A DNA stretch of 64,000 nucleotides from Clostridiales bacterium (GCA_015055745.1 SVHS01000003.1:129390-193389); one strand, 5' to 3'. Counted from the first letter of the stretch, positions 10,491 through 20,767 are shown. Notes: a model not told the origin generated them from the letters alone. Numbers and translations: made by a program.

Positions 10491-10829
10491 CTAAAATTCT
10501 TTCAATTTTTCTCCACCTAATATATGAATATGCACGTGACCGACAGTCTGTCCAGCATCTTCTCCTTGATTGATGATAAGTCTATAACCATTGGTAATGC
10601 CTAATTCTTCTTGCATATGAGAAATCTTGCTCATAATCTTACCTAGCAAAACAGCACCTTCCTCTGTCATCATATCAATGTATGGAGCATGGACTGTAGG
10701 CACTGCTATCAAGTGAATCTTAGCCTGAGGATTGATATCTTTGATGATCATAAAATCATCATCACTATATAGCATAGTGCTAGGAATCTCACCCTTTCTT
10801 ATCTTACAAAATACGCATTCGTCTACCAT
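10491..10829 (-). CDS. Histidine triad nucleotide-binding protein (HinT family)
   Basis: 112 aa with the canonical triad GHVHIHILGG. Confidence 0.88.
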   Translation of the reverse strand: MVDECVFCKIRKGEIPSTMLYSDDDFMIIKDINPQAKIHLIAVPTVHAPYIDMMTEEGAVLLGKIMSKISHMQEELGITNGYRLIINQGEDAGQTVGHVHIHILGGEKLKEF

Positions 10830-10831
10830 AT

Positions 10832-12079
10832 TTACTCCTTTATCTTACCTATCACACCCTGAAGGTATGGGCTCACTAACTCGACAGTGACTATCTCACC
10901 TACTGAATGCTTGCCTTCAACGTATGTATATATATAATTATCAGTATAGCCTAAAGAAAAATTTTCGTCAACTTCTTCTATCAAAACTGTATGCTTTGTG
11001 CCTAAATTTGTGCTGATAAATTTGTCTTTAAACTCTTTATTCAATACTTGTAATTCTTTTTCCCTTAGCTTTTGAGTAGCTTTATCTACTGCGCCGTCTA
11101 GCCTGCACGCATTGGTGCCACTCCTCTCACTATATGGGAATATGTGCATAGTACTAAACTCTATCTCTCTTAGATTTGTCTTGGTGTCAGCAAACTCCTG
11201 CTCTGTCTCACCTTTGAATCCTACTATAATATCAGTAGAAATACAGGCTGATGGAAAATTTACTTTTATCTTAGCTACAATATCTTTAAATTCTTCAATT
11301 GTATAACGTCTATTCATTCTCTTGAGTGTAGCATTGCAAGCTGACTGTAGACTCAAGTGAAAATGCGGACAAAAGTTTTTACAATTTTTTAATATCTCTA
11401 TCATCTCATCATCGAGCACCATACACTCTATAGATGATATCCTAAATCTTTTATTTAATTCATCTACACGTTTTACCAAAGTCTTGAGTGCTAATTTGCC
11501 ATCTATCTTATAATCTGACATATTGATACCCGTGAGGACTATTTCTTTTGCTTGAGTATTACGTATCTCATCTAAGATATCTTCTAGATCTCTACTCCTG
11601 CTCCTACCTCTTAAGTATGGTATGATACAATATGTACAGAAATAATCACAGCCGTCTTGTATCTTGATGTATTGTCTAGCCCTAGTCTCTATGGGACGAG
11701 CCATATCAATATATTTTTGATGTTCTAAGTCTGGCAATATCTTATTTTGCCTGTGGATAAAAGACATTATGTCATGCTTGCCATAGTTTCCTGTCAGAGC
11801 TATCACATTTTCATTGACTAAAAATTTGCTTGGATTGTTTTGCACCGCACAGCCACATACTACTATTTTCGCATTGGGATTTAGCTTGCCGAGCTTTGCA
11901 AGTACTTGTCTTGACTTTCTCTCTCCCTCATTTGTGACAGCACAAGTATTGACTACGTACACGTCAGCATACACCAATCCCTCTGCTATCTCATAACCCT
12001 CGTCTTGTAGCTGCCGCATGATAGACTGACTCTCATATTCATTGACTTTGCAACCAAGCGTAATAATGCTAGCTTTCAT
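10832..12079 (-). CDS. mtaB: tRNA t6A37 methylthiotransferase MtaB (MiaB-like radical SAM)
   Basis: An N-terminal UPF0004 Cys triad, the radical-SAM CDYFCTYC motif and a TRAM-like C terminus. The position next to rsmE matches the Bacillus yqeU-yqeV arrangement. Confidence 0.8.
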   Translation of the reverse strand: MKASIITLGCKVNEYESQSIMRQLQDEGYEIAEGLVYADVYVVNTCAVTNEGERKSRQVLAKLGKLNPNAKIVVCGCAVQNNPSKFLVNENVIALTGNYGKHDIMSFIHRQNKILPDLEHQKYIDMARPIETRARQYIKIQDGCDYFCTYCIIPYLRGRSRSRDLEDILDEIRNTQAKEIVLTGINMSDYKIDGKLALKTLVKRVDELNKRFRISSIECMVLDDEMIEILKNCKNFCPHFHLSLQSACNATLKRMNRRYTIEEFKDIVAKIKVNFPSACISTDIIVGFKGETEQEFADTKTNLREIEFSTMHIFPYSERSGTNACRLDGAVDKATQKLREKELQVLNKEFKDKFISTNLGTKHTVLIEEVDENFSLGYTDNYIYTYVEGKHSVGEIVTVELVSPYLQGVIGKIKE

Positions 12080-12764
12080 GTTTCACCGCCTTGAGCATAC
12101 TAACCGCACTTATGCAAGCTACCTCTGCTCTAAGGATAGTCTTACCAAGACTAATATTTTGACAAAATCTAGAGAAATGCTCATTTTCTTCTCTAGAAAA
12201 GCCTCCCTCCGGACCTATGATCACAGCAAAATCTCCAGTAAATGAAGAAATCTTTTGATCAGAATCTTCAAAAGCAAAAAATCGGTTATCATATCGTGAA
12301 ATATCTTTTTCGATATCTTTTTTGTCGATAATGCTGATATCCATAATATCTGCTCGCTCACACTGTTTGCTAGCCTGAGTGGCGATAGACTTTAGCTTAT
12401 CTAGCTTTTTATCGTCTATTACAGCTATGGTATAATCACTCTTAAATAGCTTGACACTCTTAACATTTAGCTCAGCCAGATGATCTATAGCAGTAGACAA
12501 AGCATCATTTTTAAGCATGGCAAGGTACACGGTAATATCTGTGTCTTGATATGCTTTGTTGATTTGCTTACTGATGACTGAGGCTATTACTTTATCTTTC
12601 ATTACTTCGTCAATCACCAAACTATAATCATATCCGTCACCATTGAACGCTACGATACGGTCTCCCTCTCTACATCTGCGCACTCTACTGATATGCTGAG
12701 CCTCACCACCTGTGAGTATTACTTGCTCACCATGAATCTCAGAAAAATAATATCTATTATCCAT
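12069..12764 (-). CDS. rsmE: 16S rRNA (uracil1498-N3)-methyltransferase RsmE
   Basis: 231 aa with a PUA-like N terminus, RVRRCREGD and IIGPEGGFS motifs. It overlaps mtaB by 11 nt. Confidence 0.85.
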   Translation of the reverse strand: MDNRYYFSEIHGEQVILTGGEAQHISRVRRCREGDRIVAFNGDGYDYSLVIDEVMKDKVIASVISKQINKAYQDTDITVYLAMLKNDALSTAIDHLAELNVKSVKLFKSDYTIAVIDDKKLDKLKSIATQASKQCERADIMDISIIDKKDIEKDISRYDNRFFAFEDSDQKISSFTGDFAVIIGPEGGFSREENEHFSRFCQNISLGKTILRAEVACISAVSMLKAVKHES

Positions 12765-13416
12765 TCTTACCTCTTAGGTGCTGGATAGCCTCATAAGTAT
12801 CATTATTGTATATATAAGATCCACTGACTAATATATCTGCTCCTGCTTTGATACAAAGAGGTGCTGTCTTGTCATTTACTCCGCCATCTACTTCTATCAA
12901 AATACTAGGACTAAGACTACGCACGTATTTGATCTTCTTGATAGCAGACTGATTAAACTCTTGCCCACCTTTGCCTAGCTTTACAGACATGATGAGTACT
13001 AGATCTACATATTTGATATACCCTTCTACTACTTTGACATCTGTATCCAAATCAATGGCGATACCTGCCATTTTCTTTTTTGATTTTATCTTCTTTAATG
13101 TCTTTAGTATATCTTCTTTATCATCAAAAGCTTCATAATTAACTGTGATAATATCTGCTCCTGCTTTTATATATTTGTCTACTATTTTATAGGGATTTTT
13201 TATCATCAAATGTGCGTCAAAAAGTAGCGGAGATTTTTCTCTCAATTGATCAAAATATTTGTAATCAATGGACTTGTACTTTGTAAACACTCCGTCCATC
13301 ACATCTAAATGATACATATCTGCACCATAACTACCTACTCGCACCAAATACTCTATCTGTGCTGACATATTTCTACCTGCTGGTAGACTAGATGCTGAAA
13401 TCACTACTTTTCGCAT
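12757..13416 (-). CDS. rpe: Ribulose-phosphate 3-epimerase (divergent)
   Basis: Motifs HLDVMDG, FDAHLM, MSVKLGKGGQEF and EVDGGV line up with Rpe catalytic motifs. Confidence 0.8.
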   Translation of the reverse strand: MRKVVISASSLPAGRNMSAQIEYLVRVGSYGADMYHLDVMDGVFTKYKSIDYKYFDQLREKSPLLFDAHLMIKNPYKIVDKYIKAGADIITVNYEAFDDKEDILKTLKKIKSKKKMAGIAIDLDTDVKVVEGYIKYVDLVLIMSVKLGKGGQEFNQSAIKKIKYVRSLSPSILIEVDGGVNDKTAPLCIKAGADILVSGSYIYNNDTYEAIQHLRGKNG

Positions 13417-13426
13417 AATTTTCTCC

Positions 13427-14464
13427 TTATTTATTTTCTTTTAATGTCTTGGCTCTGAGCATACCACACGCACCCTCGATATCACTACCTTGACTGCGTC
13501 TAAGGGTCGCAGATACGCCGACTTTATTTAGTCTAGATACAAAATCAAGAGCTTGCTTCCTAGTAGTAGCTCTCAAAGCTCCTCCATTAGGATTGAGACA
13601 AATGACATTGACATGACAAAACAAATCTCGTGAAATATCTCTTAATCTATGTATATCATCATCTGTGTCATTGACATCTTTTATCAAACAATACTCAAAA
13701 ACTACTCTTCTACTGTTTTCTCTGACATATGCTTTCAAGGCTTTTACAATCTCATCTATAGTATATCGATTGGCTATAGGCATGATAGTGCGACGTACTT
13801 CATCAGTAGTAGCATGAAGAGACACACATAATGTGATGTTGTAATTTAATTTGCTAAACTCATATATCTTATCTACTAGTCCGCAGGTAGAGAGTGATAT
13901 ATTCCTTTCACTGACATTAAAGCTCATCTCATCTGTAATCAAATCCAGCCAACGCACTACATTGTCATAATTGTCAAACGGCTCACCACTTCCCATCAAT
14001 ACGATATTGGTAAAATTCCTATCATTGCACTTGCCATTATCTGCATTGACTACTGCGATAGTAGACAGCATCTCTCCGCTGGATAGATTCCTAACCAAAC
14101 CATTAGATGTAGAGGCACAAAACTTGCACCCCATACGACAACCTACTTGGGTAGACATACAGATAGTGTTGCCATAATCTTGCTTTAGATACACACATTC
14201 GATGATATTGTCATCATGTAGCTTTAGCAAATATTTTTTAGTGCCGTCCTTACTGATCAAAACCTTTAAGATACTCACTGGCTTGAGGATATAGTCCATG
14301 CTAAGCTTTTCTATCATAGATTTTGGCAGAGTCGTGTCGGCATAATCTTTACCTTGTAAAATGGCGTCAAAGACCTGCTTGGCACGAAAACGTGGAAAAT
14401 CTGCCAATATATTACTAATTTCATTTAGAGAATAATCACTAAATATTTTCAATCTTATCTCCAA
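13427..14464 (-). CDS. rlmN: 23S rRNA/tRNA adenine-C2 methyltransferase RlmN
   Basis: Radical-SAM motif CRMGCKFCAS, N-terminal FRAKQVF and C-terminal GSDIEGACGML. Its 5' end overlaps fmt by 26 nt. Confidence 0.9.
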   Translation of the reverse strand: MEIRLKIFSDYSLNEISNILADFPRFRAKQVFDAILQGKDYADTTLPKSMIEKLSMDYILKPVSILKVLISKDGTKKYLLKLHDDNIIECVYLKQDYGNTICMSTQVGCRMGCKFCASTSNGLVRNLSSGEMLSTIAVVNADNGKCNDRNFTNIVLMGSGEPFDNYDNVVRWLDLITDEMSFNVSERNISLSTCGLVDKIYEFSKLNYNITLCVSLHATTDEVRRTIMPIANRYTIDEIVKALKAYVRENSRRVVFEYCLIKDVNDTDDDIHRLRDISRDLFCHVNVICLNPNGGALRATTRKQALDFVSRLNKVGVSATLRRSQGSDIEGACGMLRAKTLKENK

Positions 14465-15359
14465 GTGTAAATTTATTTGAATTCATATAATTGATAGCGA
14501 ACATTTTTTGCTTACCTTCTGGCTGAATAGATACCACCTCAATAGATGCATCTTTTGTACCTATCACCAAGCCTGTCTTACTAGTACAAGCAAGTATCTC
14601 TCCTGCCACACCTACTCTATCATTTGGTACTGCGAAGAGTATCTTATATCTCACACCTTTGTATATGAAATAACAATTTTCCAATGCTCTAATTTTATCG
14701 CAAAGCTTTTTTGTATCGGAGTCAAAATCTAGAAGATAATCTTCTTTTTTAATCATAGGAAAATATGTAGACTCTTCATGCTTTTGTGGATAATGATGAT
14801 CTTTATAATAATCAAACTTATCAAAAAATTCTTTTAAACACTCGATACCAAGTATAGACAGCTTGGCAAACACACTAGATGAAGTATCATCAGCTTGTAT
14901 ATCGATTTCCCTACTAAAATAAATATCTCCTGTATCGAGCCCTATATCTGTCTTCATGATAGTGATACCTGTCTTGTCTTCTCCGTTGAGTATTGCCCCT
15001 TGTATAGGAGCTGGTCCACGATACTTAGGTAGTAAGCTGGCATGTACATTAATAGTGCCATATTTGGGGATATCAAGAATGTTTTGCTTGATGATCTGAC
15101 CATAGCTAGCAGTCACAAAAATATCCGCATCTACGCCTCTTAAAATTTCTTCTCCTTCGATATTGAGCTTATTAAACTGGTAAAGTGGAATATTTTGCTC
15201 CAGACAGTATTTTTTGATACTAGAAAATACGACTTTATTATTTCTCGCATTGACCTTATCAGGCTGAGAAACAACAGCGACGACATCTCTACCGTCATCT
15301 ACCAATCCTTTCAAAATCGTAGCACTAAACTCTCCTGTGCCAAAGAAAACTATCTTCAC
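14439..15359 (-). CDS. fmt: Methionyl-tRNA formyltransferase
   Basis: MKIVFFGTGEFS and HASLLPKYRGPAPIQ motifs. The GTG start shares one nucleotide with the def stop (TAGTG). Confidence 0.92.
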   Translation of the reverse strand: MKIVFFGTGEFSATILKGLVDDGRDVVAVVSQPDKVNARNNKVVFSSIKKYCLEQNIPLYQFNKLNIEGEEILRGVDADIFVTASYGQIIKQNILDIPKYGTINVHASLLPKYRGPAPIQGAILNGEDKTGITIMKTDIGLDTGDIYFSREIDIQADDTSSSVFAKLSILGIECLKEFFDKFDYYKDHHYPQKHEESTYFPMIKKEDYLLDFDSDTKKLCDKIRALENCYFIYKGVRYKILFAVPNDRVGVAGEILACTSKTGLVIGTKDASIEVVSIQPEGKQKMFAINYMNSNKFTLGDKIENI

Positions 15360-15829
15360 TATTCATCGTCCTCCGCCATACCCTCTGGTGGTACACAAAT
15401 CTTATCTATATATAGCACTCCGTCTAAGTGGTCTGTCTCGTGACATACACACACCGCTGTCCAGTCTTCGCAAGTAAGAGTAAATTTGTTGCCATATCTA
15501 TCAAAAGCTGTCACTGTGACAGTGAATGGACGCTTGACATAGTCAAAAGGAAGTGAAACACTCAAGCAACCTTCTTTTTTGTACTGCTCACCGCTAGTAT
15601 GAGTGATGACAGGATTGACAAACTCTATCTTCATCTCATTGATATTCATAATGAATACTCTCTTTAATACGCCGACTTGGACCGCACTGAGCCCTGCACC
15701 TGGCTTGGACTCTAAAGTCTCGTGCATATCGTCTAATAGCTCCCACAATTTTTCATCAAAAACCTTCACAGATTTACTGCGCTTCCTTATAAAACTATCT
15801 GTATGTGGTACAATTTCTCTTATAGCCAT
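15359..15829 (-). CDS. def: Peptide deformylase
   Basis: Motifs GAGLSAVQVG, EGCLSV and HETDHLDG are present. Confidence 0.93.
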   Translation of the reverse strand: MAIREIVPHTDSFIRKRSKSVKVFDEKLWELLDDMHETLESKPGAGLSAVQVGVLKRVFIMNINEMKIEFVNPVITHTSGEQYKKEGCLSVSLPFDYVKRPFTVTVTAFDRYGNKFTLTCEDWTAVCVCHETDHLDGVLYIDKICVPPEGMAEDDE

Positions 15830-15835
15830 AATATT

Positions 15836-18013
15836 TTACCTCAAATTATTTGGATTGACTTCTACGAAGATGGATACATCTTTTTCTATTATATCACTAA
15901 TAGCGTAAAAATCGCAAGTTATTTTATCATCTGGTTCACATCTCGTCAAGATCTGATAGCGATATTTTGTCTGAATTCTTTTGACTGGAGATGGCATAGC
16001 CTGCAAAAAGAATATTTTATGGCCATGCTTTTCTTTCAATTTCAAAGCCTCATCATACAATTTTTTTGTCACTTCTTTTGCTCTATGATCACTCTCACTG
16101 GAGACTAGGATACGTATGATATTGCTATACGGAGGAAAAGCTGTAGCTTGTCTAAGGTTGTTTTCTTTATCAAAGAAAGACTCATAGTCATAGTTTGAAG
16201 CAAAGCGATACACATAATGCTTTGGCGCATAGGTCTGCAATACTACATAGCCGTCGTTATTTTTTCTACCAGCTCTACCTGCCACCTGTGTCACAAGCTG
16301 GAATGTCCTTTCATTTGCCTTATAGTCACTATTATACAAGCTCACATCAGCATCTAAAATACCTACAAAAGCAACATTGGGATAATCATGCCCTTTGGCT
16401 ATCATCTGAGTACCTACCAAGATACTAGGTGTAGTCTTGGAGAATTGCTCTAAGATATTTTTATGACCATTTTTACCTCTAGTAGTGTCGTTGTCCATTC
16501 TAAAGATAGGTACATCAGGAAACATCTGCTTTAGATCTTCACACACTCTCTCTGTACCAAGGGCTCCGTATTTGATATTAGTACTGTGACAATTAGGACA
16601 ATTTGTAAGTGAACGATACCTTTTGCCACAAAAGTGACATTTCAATTCATTGTCTTCCTTATGATATACGAGACTCACTTCGCAATCATCACACTTCACC
16701 CTATGACCGCACTCTCTACACATCACAAAGGACGCAAAACCTCGACGATTAATAAACAGTATAGCTTGCTTTTTATTTTGGATACATTCGTCCAACTTTG
16801 AAAGAAGCTTCCTACTATATGTAGAAGTATTGCCATCAAGCACTTCATTGAGCATATCTACTATCTCTAACTTTGGCATTTCTAAGCCATTAATTCTCTC
16901 TGGTAGACGCACAAGATGATATTTCCTGTCTTGAGCTAATTTGTATGATTTGATACTAGGAGTAGCGCTACCCAATATCAGTGGACAGCGATGATATCTA
17001 GCTCGAAACTCAGCCACATCTAGAGTATCAAATCTAGGATTTGACTCACTCACATAAGAGCTATCGTGTTCTTCGTCTATGATAATGACGCCTAGATGCT
17101 CAAGAGGAGCAAATATCGCACTACGCGCACCGAGTACTACTCTAGCCTCTCCGCTAAATATCCTATCCCACTCGTCAAATCTCTCTCCTTCGCTAAGTCC
17201 ACTATGTAATACAGCTACTTGACCTGGAAAGCGAGAATTAAATCTCTGCATCATCTGTGGAGTAAGGGAAATCTCTGGCACCAACATGATAGCTGTCTGC
17301 CCACGAGACAATGCTCTATCTATCACTGACATATACACTTCTGTCTTGCCGCTACCTGTGACACCTTGTAGCAAAAAAGTCTCATCTTTACCGTCTATAG
17401 TATTGACAGCGCTTTCTTGGAGTGGTGTCAGAGTCTTTTTCTCAAAAGGAGTATCGTCCACACTTGGCATACGTCTCTTCCTCACTGGAGTCTTGAGCAA
17501 TATACCTTTCTCGACCAACGCATTTATACTACTCCTGCCAAAATGCTCTAGTGCTGTAGAAAACTTTACCTCGCCCTGCTCTGAAACAAACAAAAAGGCG
17601 GACAACTGACTCTTTGCCCTTTTACCGATAATATTGATAGCAGTATCCGTGTCGTATGTGGTAGACAATACATACTCAGTCTGCTCGCGCTCTGTATCCA
17701 ACCTTACACAAGATGGCAAGACCAATTTGATACAATCACTGAGACGCAAAAAAAAGTGTCGAGCCAAAAACATACTAAGATCCAAAATCTCTGGCTTTAT
17801 CTTTGGGACACTCTCTAGGTTCGCAATTATAGATTTAATCTTAGTCTTATCTACACTAGTCTCCTCAGACAAGGAAATCACATATCCCAAAACAGTACGA
17901 TTGGCAAATGGAACTCGCACTCGCATACCGACCATAGTGTCTGGTAGTGCCACGTAATCAAACACTCTATCTACTGCATCATTGGAAATGTCGACTATTA
18001 CTCTAGCATACAT
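15836..18013 (-). CDS. priA: Primosomal protein N' (replication restart helicase PriA)
   Basis: GVTGSGKTEVY Walker A, DEEHD, and a Cys-rich zinc-binding insert (CRECGHRVKCDDC...CHFCG...CPNC). Confidence 0.92.
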   Translation of the reverse strand: MYARVIVDISNDAVDRVFDYVALPDTMVGMRVRVPFANRTVLGYVISLSEETSVDKTKIKSIIANLESVPKIKPEILDLSMFLARHFFLRLSDCIKLVLPSCVRLDTEREQTEYVLSTTYDTDTAINIIGKRAKSQLSAFLFVSEQGEVKFSTALEHFGRSSINALVEKGILLKTPVRKRRMPSVDDTPFEKKTLTPLQESAVNTIDGKDETFLLQGVTGSGKTEVYMSVIDRALSRGQTAIMLVPEISLTPQMMQRFNSRFPGQVAVLHSGLSEGERFDEWDRIFSGEARVVLGARSAIFAPLEHLGVIIIDEEHDSSYVSESNPRFDTLDVAEFRARYHRCPLILGSATPSIKSYKLAQDRKYHLVRLPERINGLEMPKLEIVDMLNEVLDGNTSTYSRKLLSKLDECIQNKKQAILFINRRGFASFVMCRECGHRVKCDDCEVSLVYHKEDNELKCHFCGKRYRSLTNCPNCHSTNIKYGALGTERVCEDLKQMFPDVPIFRMDNDTTRGKNGHKNILEQFSKTTPSILVGTQMIAKGHDYPNVAFVGILDADVSLYNSDYKANERTFQLVTQVAGRAGRKNNDGYVVLQTYAPKHYVYRFASNYDYESFFDKENNLRQATAFPPYSNIIRILVSSESDHRAKEVTKKLYDEALKLKEKHGHKIFFLQAMPSPVKRIQTKYRYQILTRCEPDDKITCDFYAISDIIEKDVSIFVEVNPNNLR

Positions 18014-18016
18014 AGA

Positions 18017-18214
18017 CTATTTTGATTGAACTCCTATCACTTCACCCCTCATCAATTCGTTTGCTGCATAGTCGATAGCAAGATTGGCACTGCCATTTAG
18101 CAAAGTCGGAATCTTGTTTTCTAGATCTTTTGCTCTTGCTCCCACTACGACTGAGACTATATATCTACAGCCTGCAATTTTCACTAATTCATCAATAGGT
18201 GGTTCAAATAACAT
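18017..18214 (-). CDS. rpoZ: DNA-directed RNA polymerase subunit omega
   Basis: 65 aa with the motif RYIVSVVVGARAKDL. Its position upstream of priA matches the Firmicute rpoZ-priA-def-fmt synteny. Confidence 0.8.
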   Translation of the reverse strand: MLFEPPIDELVKIAGCRYIVSVVVGARAKDLENKIPTLLNGSANLAIDYAANELMRGEVIGVQSK

Positions 18215-18264
18215 ACTTTCTCCTTATGCTCTATATTATAACACTTTTTTAGATATCAGTCAAA

Positions 18265-18792
18265 CTATTTTGCCTTGTGTTCGTCAATTATTGATTTTAC
18301 TTCTCGATATACATCGTAAGGTGACTTTATAAATGTAAATGCAAATTTTGCTCCGCCTTGATTGGTGAGCGGACTAGACATACTACCAAAAGCAATATTG
18401 CCTGTATTGGTATTAAATAGTTTGTCTATCCAGCCGACATTGACGGTCATTGCTCCTAGCATATCATAATTTAGACTCTTGTAGTCTACCCCTATATATC
18501 CTGTACGTATGAGTATACGCTTGTCTGTCACCGCGTACACGGTCTTCCTACACCACAGCTCTAAAAATAGCAATGTGATACCGACAATGAGTATAAACAA
18601 CACCACAAATATAGCCCAAGCATACGTCTCTACATCTGGGTCCAACAACACACCCACAAATGCCAACACTATCCATATAGTAAAAAACAAAAGTAATACA
18701 CCTGCTGATAAATACGCTCTTGATCTATGAGGCTTGTAGATTTTTAAAATAGACTCATCTTTGTCAAGAATCTGTGAAAACAAATCTTCCAT
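18265..18792 (-). CDS. Membrane protein with a bacterial PH domain (YdbS/bPH_2-like)
   Basis: Two TM helices are followed by VYAVTDKRILIRTGYIGVDYKSLNYDML, which is typical of bPH_2/DUF304. Confidence 0.6.
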   Translation of the reverse strand: MEDLFSQILDKDESILKIYKPHRSRAYLSAGVLLLFFTIWIVLAFVGVLLDPDVETYAWAIFVVLFILIVGITLLFLELWCRKTVYAVTDKRILIRTGYIGVDYKSLNYDMLGAMTVNVGWIDKLFNTNTGNIAFGSMSSPLTNQGGAKFAFTFIKSPYDVYREVKSIIDEHKAK

Positions 18793-18793
18793 A

Positions 18794-19450
18794 CTATTTC
18801 CTCTTTAATTTTTCTAGAGCAAGCTTTGCACTATTTTGCTCCGCTTCTTTCCTCGTAGAGCCTTGACCATAAGAGACAAACTCACCATCTATAAAGGTAT
18901 TTGCTCTAAAGTTTTCTTGTCCGCCTTTGGTCTCATATTTCTCTATCTTGTACTCTAACTTTTGCTTGTTTTCTTGGATCAACTCTTGCAACTCAGACTT
19001 GAAATCTTGAGGCTTGATACCCTTTTTCAATAGCTCTTTTACCTTGAGAGCATCAAGTACCGCTGTGGATATAGAATGCATACCATAAGACAAATACATC
19101 ACACCTATCATGCTCTCGACAGTGTCTGCTAGTATAGCGTCTGATATGTCTCTATTTTTAAAACTCTTACCAAACTTTATCCTAGACTCTATACCTAATG
19201 TCTTGGCTAATTCACTAAGGTTTTCAGTACAGACAAAGCTCGCTCGTAGTTTGGTCATCTTACCTTCATCTAAATGGGTATGCTTATATAGATAATCACT
19301 CACTATAGTGGACAATACAGTATCTCCGAGAAACTCTATTCGCTCGTTGCTCGTTAGCTTTTTCTCATGCGCAAAAGAAGAATGAGTAAAAGCCAAATCT
19401 TTCAACTCATCACTGCATTTTTCAAATAATGTAATAAAATTATTCTTCAT
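18794..19450 (-). CDS. rnc: Ribonuclease III
   Basis: RNase III signature ERIEFLGDTVL and a C-terminal dsRBD (GSTRKEAEQNSAKLALEKL). It overlaps plsX by 11 nt. Confidence 0.92.
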   Translation of the reverse strand: MKNNFITLFEKCSDELKDLAFTHSSFAHEKKLTSNERIEFLGDTVLSTIVSDYLYKHTHLDEGKMTKLRASFVCTENLSELAKTLGIESRIKFGKSFKNRDISDAILADTVESMIGVMYLSYGMHSISTAVLDALKVKELLKKGIKPQDFKSELQELIQENKQKLEYKIEKYETKGGQENFRANTFIDGEFVSYGQGSTRKEAEQNSAKLALEKLKRK

Positions 19451-20438
19451 TGCTTACAGCTTTTGACACCTTTTCTATCAATTTATTTTTACCTAAAGTA
19501 TACGCCTGCTCGATAGTAGTGGCGATACTATCTGCCTTGCTATTGCCATGGCATTTCAATACAATCTTAGTCACACCCAAAAGAGGTGCTCCGCCGACTT
19601 TCTTATAATCATATTTTTTCTTGAGACCATATAGATTTTTCTTAAGCATTAAAGCGCCTAATTTCGCCTTGAAAGATGATTTTGTGATCGCCTTGATCTC
19701 ACCGAATAAAATCTCAGCAGTACCCTCTATAGTCTTGAGACAAACATTACCTGCGAAGCCATCACTCACTACTACGTCTACATTTCCTCGAATGACATCT
19801 CGAGCCTCAATATTGCCTACAAAGTTTAGGTCTGCATTTTTCAATAGCTGATAGGCTTGCTTGATGATCTCGCTACCCTTTTCTTCCTCTGTGCCGATAT
19901 TGAGTAAAGCTATACGAGGATTTTTGACACCCATAGCTTTCATATACTCATTACCCATGATACCGAAATCAAGTAAATTCTCAGGCTTGCACTCAGCATT
20001 TGCACCACAGTCGAGTAGCATCACCCCTCCGTCATTTACTGTAGGAAGTATAGGTGCCAAAGCTGGACGGCTGATATTTTTTATACGACCGAGCTTTAAT
20101 ACTGCACCAGTCAAAGTAGCACCTGTGCTACCTGCACTCACCAGTGCTATAGCGTCATCATTTTGTTTTAGATAATCATATGCTACTACTATACTAGAAG
20201 TCTTCTTGGTCCTGATGGCTACAGTAGGAACATCGTCCATAGTCACCACATCTGGTGCATGTACTATCTCCAACCTATCTGACACAAATACCAATGATTG
20301 CAATATCTCAGTGATCTTGTCCTTATCCCCCACTAGTACTATCTCTAACTTTTCATTAGACTGCAGAGCTTTTACTGCTCCTGCTACTATCTCATATGGA
20401 GCAAAATCGCCACCGAATGCATCTACTACTACTTTCAT
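19440..20438 (-). CDS. plsX: Phosphate acyltransferase PlsX
   Basis: 332 aa with MKVVVDAFGGDFAP, a typical PlsX N terminus, and GAPLLGV...VLKCHG. Confidence 0.92.
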   Translation of the reverse strand: MKVVVDAFGGDFAPYEIVAGAVKALQSNEKLEIVLVGDKDKITEILQSLVFVSDRLEIVHAPDVVTMDDVPTVAIRTKKTSSIVVAYDYLKQNDDAIALVSAGSTGATLTGAVLKLGRIKNISRPALAPILPTVNDGGVMLLDCGANAECKPENLLDFGIMGNEYMKAMGVKNPRIALLNIGTEEEKGSEIIKQAYQLLKNADLNFVGNIEARDVIRGNVDVVVSDGFAGNVCLKTIEGTAEILFGEIKAITKSSFKAKLGALMLKKNLYGLKKKYDYKKVGGAPLLGVTKIVLKCHGNSKADSIATTIEQAYTLGKNKLIEKVSKAVSNEE

Positions 20439-20489
20439 ATCTTCTCCTATATTTAGTTATTATATAACTATTTTTTAAAAAAGTAAAAT

Positions 20490-20516
20490 AAAAAAGACCT
20501 AGATTTAGGTCCTTTT
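20490..20516 (-). terminator. Intrinsic terminator immediately after rpmF (bidirectional shape)
   Basis: Stem GACCTA/TAGGTC (20496-20511) flanked by A and T runs. Confidence 0.7.
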
Positions 20517-20708
20517 TTACTTGCTCTCTTTCTTGTCTGTGACAACAACTTGCTCTCCATCGTAGTAGCCACAATTTTTACATACTTGGTGAGCCACTTT
20601 CTTCTCGTGGCAATGTGGACATTCTACTAAAGTAGGAACAGCTGCTTTCCAGTTTGCACGACGCTTGTCACGTCTAGCTTTAGAGACTTTTCCCTTTGGA
20701 ACAGCCAT
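20517..20708 (-). CDS. rpmF: 50S ribosomal protein L32 (zinc-ribbon C+ form)
   Basis: [21 protein letters not shown]...[20 protein letters not shown]. Confidence 0.92.
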   Translation of the reverse strand: MAVPKGKVSKARRDKRRANWKAAVPTLVECPHCHEKKVAHQVCKNCGYYDGEQVVVTDKKESK

Positions 20709-20767
20709 GATTTACCTCCATAAATATTCGTGCTTGTATCACACAGCACTCGACAACATATGGATTG

